Positions 17,804 through 26,297 of a stretch of DNA of 32,000 nt are shown here, in pieces. Origin of the DNA: Saccharolobus sp. E5-1-F (GTDB taxonomy: Archaea > Thermoproteota > Thermoprotei_A > Sulfolobales > Sulfolobaceae); assembly GCF_009601705.1 (NCBI RefSeq), contig NZ_CP045687.1, positions 2,469,320 through 2,501,319 on the forward strand. The letters run 5' to 3'. The notes beneath the pieces are model-generated. The model saw nothing but the letters and a program-made list of their open reading frames with translations, was not told the DNA's origin and made no database searches. The first letter of the stretch is position 1. Each line of letters begins with the position of its first letter. The position numbers and the translations under genes are program-made.

Positions 17804-17857
17804 TATGAATAGATATATAACTTACGGATAAAGAAAAATAATTAAGGGGAGTGAAAA

Positions 17858-18739
17858 ATGAGTCAAGTACAAGAACAACAAGTAATAGTAGATAATAAGT
17901 GGGTGTTAGATCATTTAAAAGATGAGAGAGTTAGAATAGTGGAAGTAGACTATGATCCAAATACTGCTTATAATGTATGGCATATTCCCGGAGCAGTTCT
18001 TATAAGGTGGAGAGAAGACTTAAGACATCCAGTCTTAAGGGACTTCATAGAACCTAGTCAGTTTGAGAAGTTAATGGAGTCAAAGGGAATAAGTAATAAC
18101 ACAACTATAGTGCTATATGGTGATTATAATAACTGGTTTGCAGTTTATGCATTCTGGTTGTTTAAGTCTTACGGTCATGACGATGTTAGAATTTTAAATG
18201 GCGGTAGAACTAAATGGGCTAAGGAGAATTTACCTACAGAACAAGGAGCAAAAGAACCTCAATACCCTAAAGGTAGTTATAAGGTTAAGAAGGTAGATTG
18301 GGGTAGTCATAGGGCTTTCTTCTGGGAAGTTCTTCAGAAGATAACTAAGGGTGAAGTCGGTAAAACTACTATACTAGTTGACGTTAGGTCTCCCAAAGAG
18401 TACACAGGTGAAATTAGAGCTCCTCCAGAATATGCTGATGAACAAACTCAAGTAGGTGGGCATATACCAGGAGCAGTGAGTTTTCCATGGGCTCAAGCTG
18501 TTAACCCAGATACTGGTGAGTTCAAGTCTATAGAGGAGTTAAGAAGATTGGTTGAGAGCGCTGGTATAACTCCGGACAAGGAGATAATTACGTATTGTAG
18601 AATAGGAGAGAGAGCTTCGCATACTTGGTTCGTTCTAAAGTACCTATTGGGATATCCAGCTGTTAGAGTATATGATGGCTCTTGGGCAGAATGGGGAAAT
18701 ATCGTAGGAGCTCCCGTGAAGAAAGGAGCTGAACCATGA
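17858..18739 (+). CDS. Two-domain rhodanese (thiosulfate/3-mercaptopyruvate sulfurtransferase family)
   Basis: 293-aa ORF. The active-site loop CRIGERASHTW (CRxGxR type) lies in the C-terminal domain, and the N-terminal rhodanese-like domain is inactive. Confidence 0.88.
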   Translation: MSQVQEQQVIVDNKWVLDHLKDERVRIVEVDYDPNTAYNVWHIPGAVLIRWREDLRHPVLRDFIEPSQFEKLMESKGISNNTTIVLYGDYNNWFAVYAFWLFKSYGHDDVRILNGGRTKWAKENLPTEQGAKEPQYPKGSYKVKKVDWGSHRAFFWEVLQKITKGEVGKTTILVDVRSPKEYTGEIRAPPEYADEQTQVGGHIPGAVSFPWAQAVNPDTGEFKSIEELRRLVESAGITPDKEIITYCRIGERASHTWFVLKYLLGYPAVRVYDGSWAEWGNIVGAPVKKGAEP

Positions 18740-18987
18740 AGATCATAGAGAAAGTTAAACTAGATAAATTGGACTCTTGTGGATCCAGAAGCCCATTATC
18801 GATAATGCTAGATGTGATTAGGAAAATTAAAGAGTGTGATGAAGGTGTTGAAATTTTAATTAATGACTATGATTGGCTACTAAGCCTAAAATACGTTCTG
18901 AAAATTAATGACCTTAAAATGAAAATTGAGGAAAAGGGTAAGGAAGATAATTTTTTAAAGTTAGAGGTATCAAGGGATTGTACATAA
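18736..18987 (+). CDS. Small TusA/SirA-like sulfur-carrier-like protein (divergent motif)
   Basis: 83-aa ORF coupled to the rhodanese gene by an ATGA overlap. LDSCGSRSPLSIMLDVIRKI resembles the TusA D-x-x-G-x-x-CPxP-helix region, but it reads CGSRSP instead of CPxP. Confidence 0.5.
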   Translation: MKIIEKVKLDKLDSCGSRSPLSIMLDVIRKIKECDEGVEILINDYDWLLSLKYVLKINDLKMKIEEKGKEDNFLKLEVSRDCT

Positions 18988-19055
18988 ATTTAATATTTTT
19001 TATATAAACTTTTTTCTACATAAAGTTTAAATTATCCCATTAACAGTATTTAACT

Positions 19056-20155
19056 ATGAAAAGATTAGTCGTAGTAGGAGGAGGAAATGCAGGGACGTTA
19101 ATAGCAAATCTGCTAGCAGGAAAATTAGAAATCATAGTAATAGAACCAAATGAATACCACACTTATCAACCTGGATTAGTAGATTACATTACTGGGGAGG
19201 TTGATGAGACTAAAATACAAATGCCTAATAGGTCATTGTTAAAACCATCAGTAAAAATAGTAAAGAGTAAAGCTACTAAAATAATACCAGAAAATAGAGC
19301 TGTAGTAACCGAAGACGGAAAAGTATATGAGGGCGATTATTTAGTAATAGCAACAGGAGGTCAAAATAAACACATATATAATTTAAGGGGATACCATGGA
19401 ATTGATGAAGCTAGGGCAATTAGAAATGATGTTATAAATCCGAAAGGAAAGAACTTCGTTATTGGATCACTTCCCGGAATAATAAAGTGTCCAGCTGCTC
19501 CATGGGAATTATCCTTTTTGATAAAGAGGAAATACCCAGATGCTAATGTTAATGTAATAGTTCCAGCTAAACAACCACCACCATTACAAGTTCCAATGTC
19601 AAATATATTCAATAAGAAGGCTAACGAATTAGGAATAAAAGTCTACAAAGGTTTTGTAATACAAGAGGTAAATCATAACGAGAAATACGTAGTATCAACT
19701 GAGGGGGAAAAGATTCCTTTTGATCATTTGATCATAGATACGCCTATCTCAACTGGCTTTAGTGAGTTAGCTGATAAGTCTGGATTAATTCCAGTTGATA
19801 AGAACAATTTAACTTATAAGGATGGTGTCTTCGTGGTCGGTGATGCCAATAATACCCCAACACCTAAAACCGGTGCGGCTGCACATTTTCAAGCTGAGGT
19901 TGTTGCAAATAATATACTAGCTGAGATAGAGGGAAATAGGAATAAAGAGAGTTACGACGGTACTGCAATGTGTGCTGTTTACTCAGGGGCAAATGAAGGT
20001 ATATTAGTTTGGTTAAACTACGAGAAGAGCAAGGTCTTAGGGCCTACATTAGTTTATCGGTATATGAAAAAAGCGTTTACTAGCTTATATTGGGCCAGTT
20101 TAAGTGGTGGAGTGGACTTTATGCTAAAGCCTTTAGTTGAGTCCATTCGGAAGAA

Positions 20156-20159
<4 letters not shown>
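19056..20159 (+). CDS. FAD-dependent pyridine nucleotide-disulfide oxidoreductase, sulfide:quinone oxidoreductase (SQR)/NDH-II-like
   Basis: 367-aa ORF with the N-terminal [13 protein letters not shown] dinucleotide fold, KCPAAPWE and FVVGDAN motifs, and a C-terminal Cys ([10 protein letters not shown]). A TATA-like TTTAAAT lies 27 nt upstream of the ATG. Confidence 0.7.
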
Positions 20160-20500
<341 letters not shown>

Positions 20501-20581
20501 ATATAACTTATATTCTTTAATTTGATAAAGTTTAAATCATCATTATAAATAAAAATGAGTTATAAGATTATCATATCTTTT

Positions 20582-21373
20582 TTACATTCTTCCTAAAGCC
20601 TCCCTTAAGCCTCTCAAGTTGACTTCTACTTGCTTCCTAAGAATCTCTCCGCCTATACCTCCAATATCAATCTCATCGATATTCACAATCTCTTTACCCA
20701 ACATCTGCTCTAAGTGTTTATCTAATACGTTAGGACTTACAAGTCCGCCGTGAGCTAAGCCTATCACCTTTGGCTTTAAGGAAATTTGTAATCTTAAACT
20801 GTTAACGTAATTGTCGTAGTCTAACGGTGGTGGTGTTGTTGGTATCACGATACCGTTAAAGTATGCTCCCCCACTATCTCCCGTAAATAGAATATCATCG
20901 CTGATAACGGAAATGTGGTGTTTAGCATGGCCTGGGGTATAAATTATCTTCAAAGTCTTTCCATCTCCAAGATCAATTACCTCTCCACCCTCAACTTCCA
21001 CTACTCTATCTGGATCTATTTTTGTAAACTCTCCGTATACGTAATAAAGATCTCCCAATACCTTCTCTGAGCTCTCGTTCAATCTCTTTACACCATCGTC
21101 AGTTGTCAAATACTTTTTAAAACCACTTTTTATCATGACTTTAGCATTCTTATACCTCTCTAAAATTTCTGGTAATAGTCCAATATGATCTATATGAATA
21201 TGTGTTAATATTATTAAATCAAGTTTATCTAGGAACGAGGAGTCCATTATTGAGTTCGTAACACCAGCATCTATCAATACGTTAAATTTTTCTCCGCAGA
21301 CTACGTAAACAGTTGCAAGTTCAGGGAACTCAGGAGGACCAGCTGGTATTGCGTGTAAACCTCTACATGGCAT
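20582..21373 (-). CDS. Metallo-beta-lactamase-fold protein
   Basis: 263-aa ORF with THIHIDHIG (HxHxDH), TPGHAKHH and GDSG ligand regions. Confidence 0.8.
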   Translation of the reverse strand: MPCRGLHAIPAGPPEFPELATVYVVCGEKFNVLIDAGVTNSIMDSSFLDKLDLIILTHIHIDHIGLLPEILERYKNAKVMIKSGFKKYLTTDDGVKRLNESSEKVLGDLYYVYGEFTKIDPDRVVEVEGGEVIDLGDGKTLKIIYTPGHAKHHISVISDDILFTGDSGGAYFNGIVIPTTPPPLDYDNYVNSLRLQISLKPKVIGLAHGGLVSPNVLDKHLEQMLGKEIVNIDEIDIGGIGGEILRKQVEVNLRGLREALGRM

Positions 21374-21600
21374 AATTACTGTATGTAAAGCTAATTTATA
21401 ACACTGTTTGAGACCTCAAAGATGCGTTGCTCTAAAACGATAAAAAGATCATAAGTTAGTATAGTATGGTAGGGCTACGTGACAACTTAACTTGATACTT
21501 ACTTAATCGACGGTTAAGGATGATAGAAATAATATCTCATCATTGAAAGTCTATTCAATGCTGACCGATAGAAACTTTTATCTGGTTTTTTCTTAACTAT

Positions 21601-22131
21601 TTAACTACTTAAAACGCTTAGGTTTTTGCTAAACTTTTCAACTATAATTTGAAGTGTCACCATTTTCTGCAAAGTCTTTAATACTTCACTTGGAAAAAGT
21701 CTTCCCAATAATCCGATATTGACATTCATTGAGCATAAAACTAATAACTCTGAATAATCCTCGTTTATTTTCTTTACTCTAAATCCTAATTCGTATATTA
21801 TATTATCTGAAGTAAAATTATATTTTATTAAATCTATATCTGGCTTAGGTCCTTCTAGTTTACCTACAATACTTCTCTTAAATATCAGTCCACTTCTTTG
21901 TCTAGTAAAAGGCAAATATAGAATTCCCTTATCTTGAACTGGGGTAATTAGGTTAGAAAGGGCAAATATTATGTTGGGATTTCTAATGATATTATAAAGA
22001 CTATCGTTCTTTATTTTCAATCTAATGGAATCAGAATAATTGAATCTGTGCTAATTCCTTCTTCTTATATATCTTTTGAAGCCATCTAGATTGTCAAAAT
22101 CTGTCTCACAACATCTATATTTTTGACCCAT
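21601..22131 (-). pseudogene. Hypothetical protein gene interrupted by an in-frame TAG (22051-22053)
   Basis: The track ORF (21601-22020) begins at a TTG with no ATG nearby. The same frame continues upstream through 10 sense codons, a TAG, and 26 codons (MGQKYRCCETDFDNLDGFKRYIRRRN) to ATG 22131. That ATG lies 25 nt downstream of a minus-strand TATA (TTTATAATAC, 22151-22160). Confidence 0.5.
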
Positions 22132-22232
22132 AATTAATAATTGATTCAAAGTATTATAAACCTTACTGACAAAATAAAGATATGTTATATAAATTTCTAT
22201 ATATTGTTTTTCGATAATCAATCAATTGATTG

Positions 22233-23078
22233 TTATTTAAACTCATACTCGTAGATTATCATAACGTCAGCAGACTTATCTATATTCCTCGCCGCAGCAA
22301 TATATTTCCTAGCCATTTCTATATTATCTGCGTAACCTTGAGTTACACAAGCGTAATTACCAAAAAATGGTATTCCAATAAACTGTATCCACCATAAAAA
22401 GTTGAAATATAACGAAGTCAAGAACACTGTGGGGTCATTCCCAAGTATTGAAAAGGAAATTAACCCTACTTGATCCAAATACGAGATTACTGCAAGGACT
22501 AACAACGATGTCCACAATACGATAGCGTTGACCCTAAACCACCAACTAATCTTACTAGTTAGTGTTTTTCTTCCTATTTTGGAACTGCGATTAAATGATT
22601 TAAGAGAGTTAAAGAACGTTCCTTGTAACATGTAAGGAGCTGTACACGTTACTGAGCATATCTGCCTAGAGCCAAATAACGCTGATAGCACTGCCGTTAC
22701 TACATAAGTTCCAATAATGCCGGTTAGCAATACGGAAGGGGATACAGGGCCATAAGTACCTAATCCACTATACCACATGTATGGGATATTCTGAATTTTA
22801 TTGGAAATAGGAGAGAAAGATGGTAAATAAAGGCTATATATCCAGTAAGCAACTATCATTAACATCAACCTTATCTTATTTTCTAGTTTTCTTTCCTCGA
22901 TAATCCTATAAAACGAAAGGATACCTAACCATATACCTATTATAATATAAAACCAAGGTGTTGAAGTAACTCCAGTTAAAATATTGTAAAGTGTATATGT
23001 TAAATTAGAACTTAGGACCTCACTAAACGTTAGAACTCCTAGAGTTAGATTTACATCTATCCCTAAAAACCACATCAA
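22233..23078 (-). CDS. Polytopic membrane protein with a CX3C motif (possibly the 3' part of a larger frameshifted gene)
   Basis: 281-aa ORF with multiple hydrophobic segments and a [13 protein letters not shown] motif. The frame stays open for 42 codons upstream of the TTG/ATG start without any start codon. Confidence 0.6.
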   Translation of the reverse strand: MMWFLGIDVNLTLGVLTFSEVLSSNLTYTLYNILTGVTSTPWFYIIIGIWLGILSFYRIIEERKLENKIRLMLMIVAYWIYSLYLPSFSPISNKIQNIPYMWYSGLGTYGPVSPSVLLTGIIGTYVVTAVLSALFGSRQICSVTCTAPYMLQGTFFNSLKSFNRSSKIGRKTLTSKISWWFRVNAIVLWTSLLVLAVISYLDQVGLISFSILGNDPTVFLTSLYFNFLWWIQFIGIPFFGNYACVTQGYADNIEMARKYIAAARNIDKSADVMIIYEYEFK

Positions 23079-23164
23079 TATGAAAGTTAATAATATGAGA
23101 GTAAAGGTCAGTTTGGAGTTTTTAAGATAATTGTCTTCAATAGATTTTTGACTGAATTTTAGAT

Positions 23165-23560
23165 CTAAAAATTGACCATATTGATGAAAATCAACAAACT
23201 TATCTCAAAGAGGGATAAATTATCCATGACATAGTAGTAAAGGAGAGATATTTCAAATATTAGAAAGATAATTATTAGCTCTAATCCTAACCCTATCTCT
23301 TGCCTCTGGTTAAATCTATTCTTGTATAAATGGTTGTGATACATCAAACCTACATAATAGGAGATTAACAACGAGGATAGTAGATCAGCATAAACTTGGT
23401 TAACATAAATCAGAATAGCTGAAAAAGGATAAAGTACTGAGAAAAAGATTATGGCGTTAAACGTGATTTTTTTCATCTGCTTCCGGCTAGATAATATAAG
23501 GTATAGATTTGCTATAAGAAAGAAACCTAAAGAGTAATAATAAAAAATTTCTATACGCAT
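23165..23560 (-). CDS. Hypothetical membrane protein (4 TM, possibly the 5' part of a frameshifted gene)
   Basis: 131-aa hydrophobic ORF. It overlaps the upstream CPYC-protein gene by 10 nt and ends AAT-TTT-TAG on a T5 run. Confidence 0.55.
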   Translation of the reverse strand: MRIEIFYYYSLGFFLIANLYLILSSRKQMKKITFNAIIFFSVLYPFSAILIYVNQVYADLLSSLLISYYVGLMYHNHLYKNRFNQRQEIGLGLELIIIFLIFEISLLYYYVMDNLSLFEISLLIFINMVNF

Positions 23561-24411
23561 TTTTTCTCCCCTTCTATTATATATTCTAAACTATAACTTT
23601 GTACATTTTCATTATCCATAGTCGTATAGACACTGAAATTTTGTTGAGGATCATATGAATAATCTTGGGTGAAGTGAGAGCATACACTTAAAGGCTTGTC
23701 TCCGTCAACCATACAAATATATTTAGTTATTAAATTAGCTTGATAGTAAATTTGCTTATAAATTGGACTATTAGGATTATGCAGTTGCTCTACTACATAA
23801 GTCCAGTTTTTACCAGACAATAATTTCGGATTTATCGTAGTCCCAACTTGGTAGTAACATCCTATAATTAAAAAGGGAATAGATAAGTTCCCATATTTTT
23901 CCCACATGGAATAAACCGTAGTCGGAACCTTATCTAAATACTGACCTTGCCTATTTTCATACTCAATTCCTACGAATGAAATATAAGGACTACTATAACT
24001 AGCATTGGCAAAAGTGAAAGTGGGTACGTTTGGATATACGTCGATTGAGCTAGATAGCATGAATTGAAGATTTGAAAAATTACCGAATCTTAGAAGGGCT
24101 ATTATTAAAGCCCATCTTTCAGCCCCGCAATATGGACACCACTCCGCTCCAACAAAAATTACCGTTGGTTTATCATTAGAAGAGAAATTATAAGGGAGAA
24201 TATCTAAATTAGTTTCGGTTACTGATATATTATATCCTTGACCACTCAATTGAACTAACTGCGTGTATAAATCTGAAGGAATTGATCTACCTATTAATGA
24301 AGAAATCTCCGGTAATTTACTAGTGTTCATGAGGGAAATTGCTATAGCAGTTACGACTAATGAAATAAAGAAAACAATAACTATTATTCTAATAATCTGT
24401 TTGTATCTCAT
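23551..24411 (-). CDS. Membrane-anchored thioredoxin-fold protein with a CPYC motif (DUF929-like)
   Basis: 286-aa ORF with an N-terminal signal-anchor ([22 protein letters not shown]). [23 protein letters not shown] is a thioredoxin-like CxxC active-site context that I recall from the Sulfolobus DUF929 family. Several N-x-S/T sequons are present. Confidence 0.7.
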   Translation of the reverse strand: MRYKQIIRIIVIVFFISLVVTAIAISLMNTSKLPEISSLIGRSIPSDLYTQLVQLSGQGYNISVTETNLDILPYNFSSNDKPTVIFVGAEWCPYCGAERWALIIALLRFGNFSNLQFMLSSSIDVYPNVPTFTFANASYSSPYISFVGIEYENRQGQYLDKVPTTVYSMWEKYGNLSIPFLIIGCYYQVGTTINPKLLSGKNWTYVVEQLHNPNSPIYKQIYYQANLITKYICMVDGDKPLSVCSHFTQDYSYDPQQNFSVYTTMDNENVQSYSLEYIIEGEKKCV

Positions 24412-24464
24412 ATATTAGTTCCAATTAAGATTACTCTTTTAATATGCGTTAGAATTTTTCGAAC

Positions 24465-24480
24465 ACATCTTTAAAGATGT
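24465..24480. promoter_or_regulatory. Perfect 16-bp palindrome ACATCTTTAAAGATGT in a divergent intergenic region
   Basis: The palindrome is perfect and centred on a TTTAAA core. It lies 31 nt upstream of ATG 24511 and 54 nt upstream of the minus-strand start at 24411. Confidence 0.4.
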
Positions 24481-24510
24481 AAATCTAGAATCGTTAGCTA
24501 GGTTAAAAAA

Positions 24511-25584
24511 ATGAAAAACATAAAAAGAGCTGTATCTAATGCAGTTTTCGCAGGAGTAACAATAGTTTTAGTAATAATAGCAGCTGTAGGATTTGCATTG
24601 TACTTTACTAAACCTACTACTCCTTCAATACCCACAACTTCCGTATCTAGTATAACCGTGACCTCCACTACTACAAGTACAACTACATCAATAGCCACCT
24701 CTACTACAACTCAAACTGCAACACAGACTACAACTCAGACATTTACAACAACTCTAACAAGGCCTATAACTGTTAACGCTAGTGGAGCCTTCTATAACGG
24801 CCAAGTAATAACTTTCCTATATACTGCCCAATTTGAATGCACCCCTCCCGCTACCACATTCTTCCCTAATGCCGTTAATCAAAGCAAAGTTGCAATGGGT
24901 TGTGAAGTAGGTGCTGGCAATATATCAGCATTTCCAAAGGGGGCTGCTCCAGTATTCGTACTAGTACCAGCATTTGCGGGACTATCCATATTTGGCGTTA
25001 CTAAACTAGGCGCTACCCCACAAGGATTCCCTACGTTTACATATAATAACGTAACATACACGATATTAACACAATGTGGTGCTGCTCTTACTGAAACTGC
25101 TTGTCCAGATCACATGAGCCTAATATACTCTCCAGCATTTACTGTGGTTGAGCAGTACTTAGGGATTAAAAACGGTGTATTCGGATTGCCTGAGGGCGTA
25201 TTACCAACTCCTGCTCATAGTCACTTAGTGACATTCGCTACTAACACCTCAATACCATGGTATATAGTCGTAGTTTTAGTATTCGATCCCAACATATTCC
25301 CTAATCCAATAACTGGCCAATGCCAAGCCATAGTTCCATCTAATGTATCTAATCCCACAGAAAACTGCTTAAACAACATACAAGCGCTAGAGAGAGCAAT
25401 GAGTACTTATGATAGTGCTGTATCTGCTGCCAATGCAAATAATCCAATATGGCAAGCATTAGGAAAGCCTGGGGTAGAGGTTGTAGTACCGGGAATTACT
25501 TCACCATCTCAGTTATTTAATACTACTAACTCCAATATGGTTCTTTACTTCAGTGATCCTGCAGTTTATCCATATCCAATCTAA
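24511..25584 (+). CDS. Secreted/cell-surface glycoprotein with a pilin-like (class III-type) signal and a Ser/Thr-rich stalk
   Basis: 357-aa ORF. The N-terminus MKNIKRAVSNAVFAGVTIVLVIIAAVGFALYF is a basic stretch, then KRA|VS, then a hydrophobic helix. A roughly 45-residue T/S/Q linker follows. There are 6 Cys and multiple N-x-S/T sequons. Confidence 0.65.
   Translation: MKNIKRAVSNAVFAGVTIVLVIIAAVGFALYFTKPTTPSIPTTSVSSITVTSTTTSTTTSIATSTTTQTATQTTTQTFTTTLTRPITVNASGAFYNGQVITFLYTAQFECTPPATTFFPNAVNQSKVAMGCEVGAGNISAFPKGAAPVFVLVPAFAGLSIFGVTKLGATPQGFPTFTYNNVTYTILTQCGAALTETACPDHMSLIYSPAFTVVEQYLGIKNGVFGLPEGVLPTPAHSHLVTFATNTSIPWYIVVVLVFDPNIFPNPITGQCQAIVPSNVSNPTENCLNNIQALERAMSTYDSAVSAANANNPIWQALGKPGVEVVVPGITSPSQLFNTTNSNMVLYFSDPAVYPYPI
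24610..24756 (+). repeat. Low-complexity ACN/TCN-rich tract encoding the Thr/Ser/Gln linker
   Basis: It encodes KPTTPSIPTTSVSSITVTSTTTSTTTSIATSTTTQTATQTTTQTFTTT, with short ACAACTCA(A/G)AC(T/A) reiterations. Confidence 0.7.
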
Positions 25585-25598
25585 TCTTAAGGCAGAAA

Positions 25599-25611
25599 TT
25601 TTTTATTTTTT
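25599..25611. terminator. Paired oligo-T tracts between convergent genes
   Basis: TTTTTTATTTTTT lies 15 nt after the plus-strand TAA. It sits between convergent genes, but it reads as oligo-T only on the plus strand. Confidence 0.4.
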
Positions 25612-25635
25612 CTCGTTTCTTCAAATCTTTTTTAG

Positions 25636-26202
25636 CTAATCCATCCAGTAGAGCTCATAAGGTGATAGTTCTTTTGAGTTACAAAAGTCACAATATTCGG
25701 CGTCTTCTTCATTTATACTTCCACAAATCATACAAACCTTGTAAGTTCCACCAATTCTGTAACCCGATTTTACAATAAAATTCCTTATTAGTCTTATATT
25801 TTTGTGTCGAGTTAAAAATTTAAATAGCAACTTATCGCCATATATTATGACGAACTTTCCGAAAGAGGCCTTATCGTAAATACCAATTATTAAATTTTTA
25901 TCCTTTAGACTGAACTCAAATTTATCTCTCCTTAAAAGAGCGTTTTTTACTAAAATTCTTTCGTTAATAATTAGAAAACTATAAGTTTCTAGAAGCAAAA
26001 TTAGTATAAGGAGTATTAAGGACATAAGATAAACCATAAAACCAGTTAATAGTGGGAGCATAATATCTACCTTTTTGACAATTATTGAAAACACGGAGTA
26101 GCTGAACAGGGAAACTCCTACTAACATAAAACCAAGGTGAAAAGCCATAATAGAGGGATGGAATTCAATTAGGGATAAGATCTTAATTATCTCCCTCTCC
26201 AT
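25636..26202 (-). CDS. Membrane protein with a C-terminal zinc-ribbon
   Basis: 188-aa ORF with three N-terminal hydrophobic helices and a C-terminal CMICGS-x10-CDFCNS motif (CxxC...CxxC). Confidence 0.55.
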   Translation of the reverse strand: MEREIIKILSLIEFHPSIMAFHLGFMLVGVSLFSYSVFSIIVKKVDIMLPLLTGFMVYLMSLILLILILLLETYSFLIINERILVKNALLRRDKFEFSLKDKNLIIGIYDKASFGKFVIIYGDKLLFKFLTRHKNIRLIRNFIVKSGYRIGGTYKVCMICGSINEEDAEYCDFCNSKELSPYELYWMD

Positions 26203-26297
26203 AAGAATTAATGTGCCTACTCAAAATTAAAAGAAAATTGGTCTAGGCTAAACTCTATTGATAAACATTTAAATACCTAACAATATTTTACTTATTC

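Noticed and set aside
19005-19029. Inverted repeat TAAACTTT-N9-AAAGTTTA upstream of the SQR-like gene as an operator
   Set aside because: The arms are 8 bp of almost pure A/T in a very AT-rich spacer and overlap the TATA element. This is not distinguishable from chance. Only the 13-nt identity with 20525-20537 was retained as a low-interest note.
19361-19612. Track ORF 19361-19612(-)
   Set aside because: It is antisense within the SQR-like flavoprotein gene.
20537-20543. Minus-strand ATGATGA in the Rieske/MBL spacer
   Set aside because: No D' or D box follows at guide distance. The sequence is part of an AT-rich promoter region.
21537-21543. Perfect C box ATGATGA on the minus strand
   Set aside because: No CTGA D or D' box follows on that strand within 120 nt.
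21517-21564. Second possible C/D-box sRNA: AGGATGA, 12 nt, CTCA, TC, ATTGAAA, 12 nt, CTGA
   Set aside because: The spacing is right, but D' and C' are poor matches. Both guides are extremely AT-rich (TAGAAATAATAT, GTCTATTCAATG) and unlike rRNA targets. No terminal stem is present. At best it is a very weak candidate.
24498-25061. Track ORFs 24498-24698(-) and 24879-25061(-)
   Set aside because: They are antisense to the glycoprotein gene. The first is simply the complement of the Thr-codon-rich tract, which reads as Val-rich.
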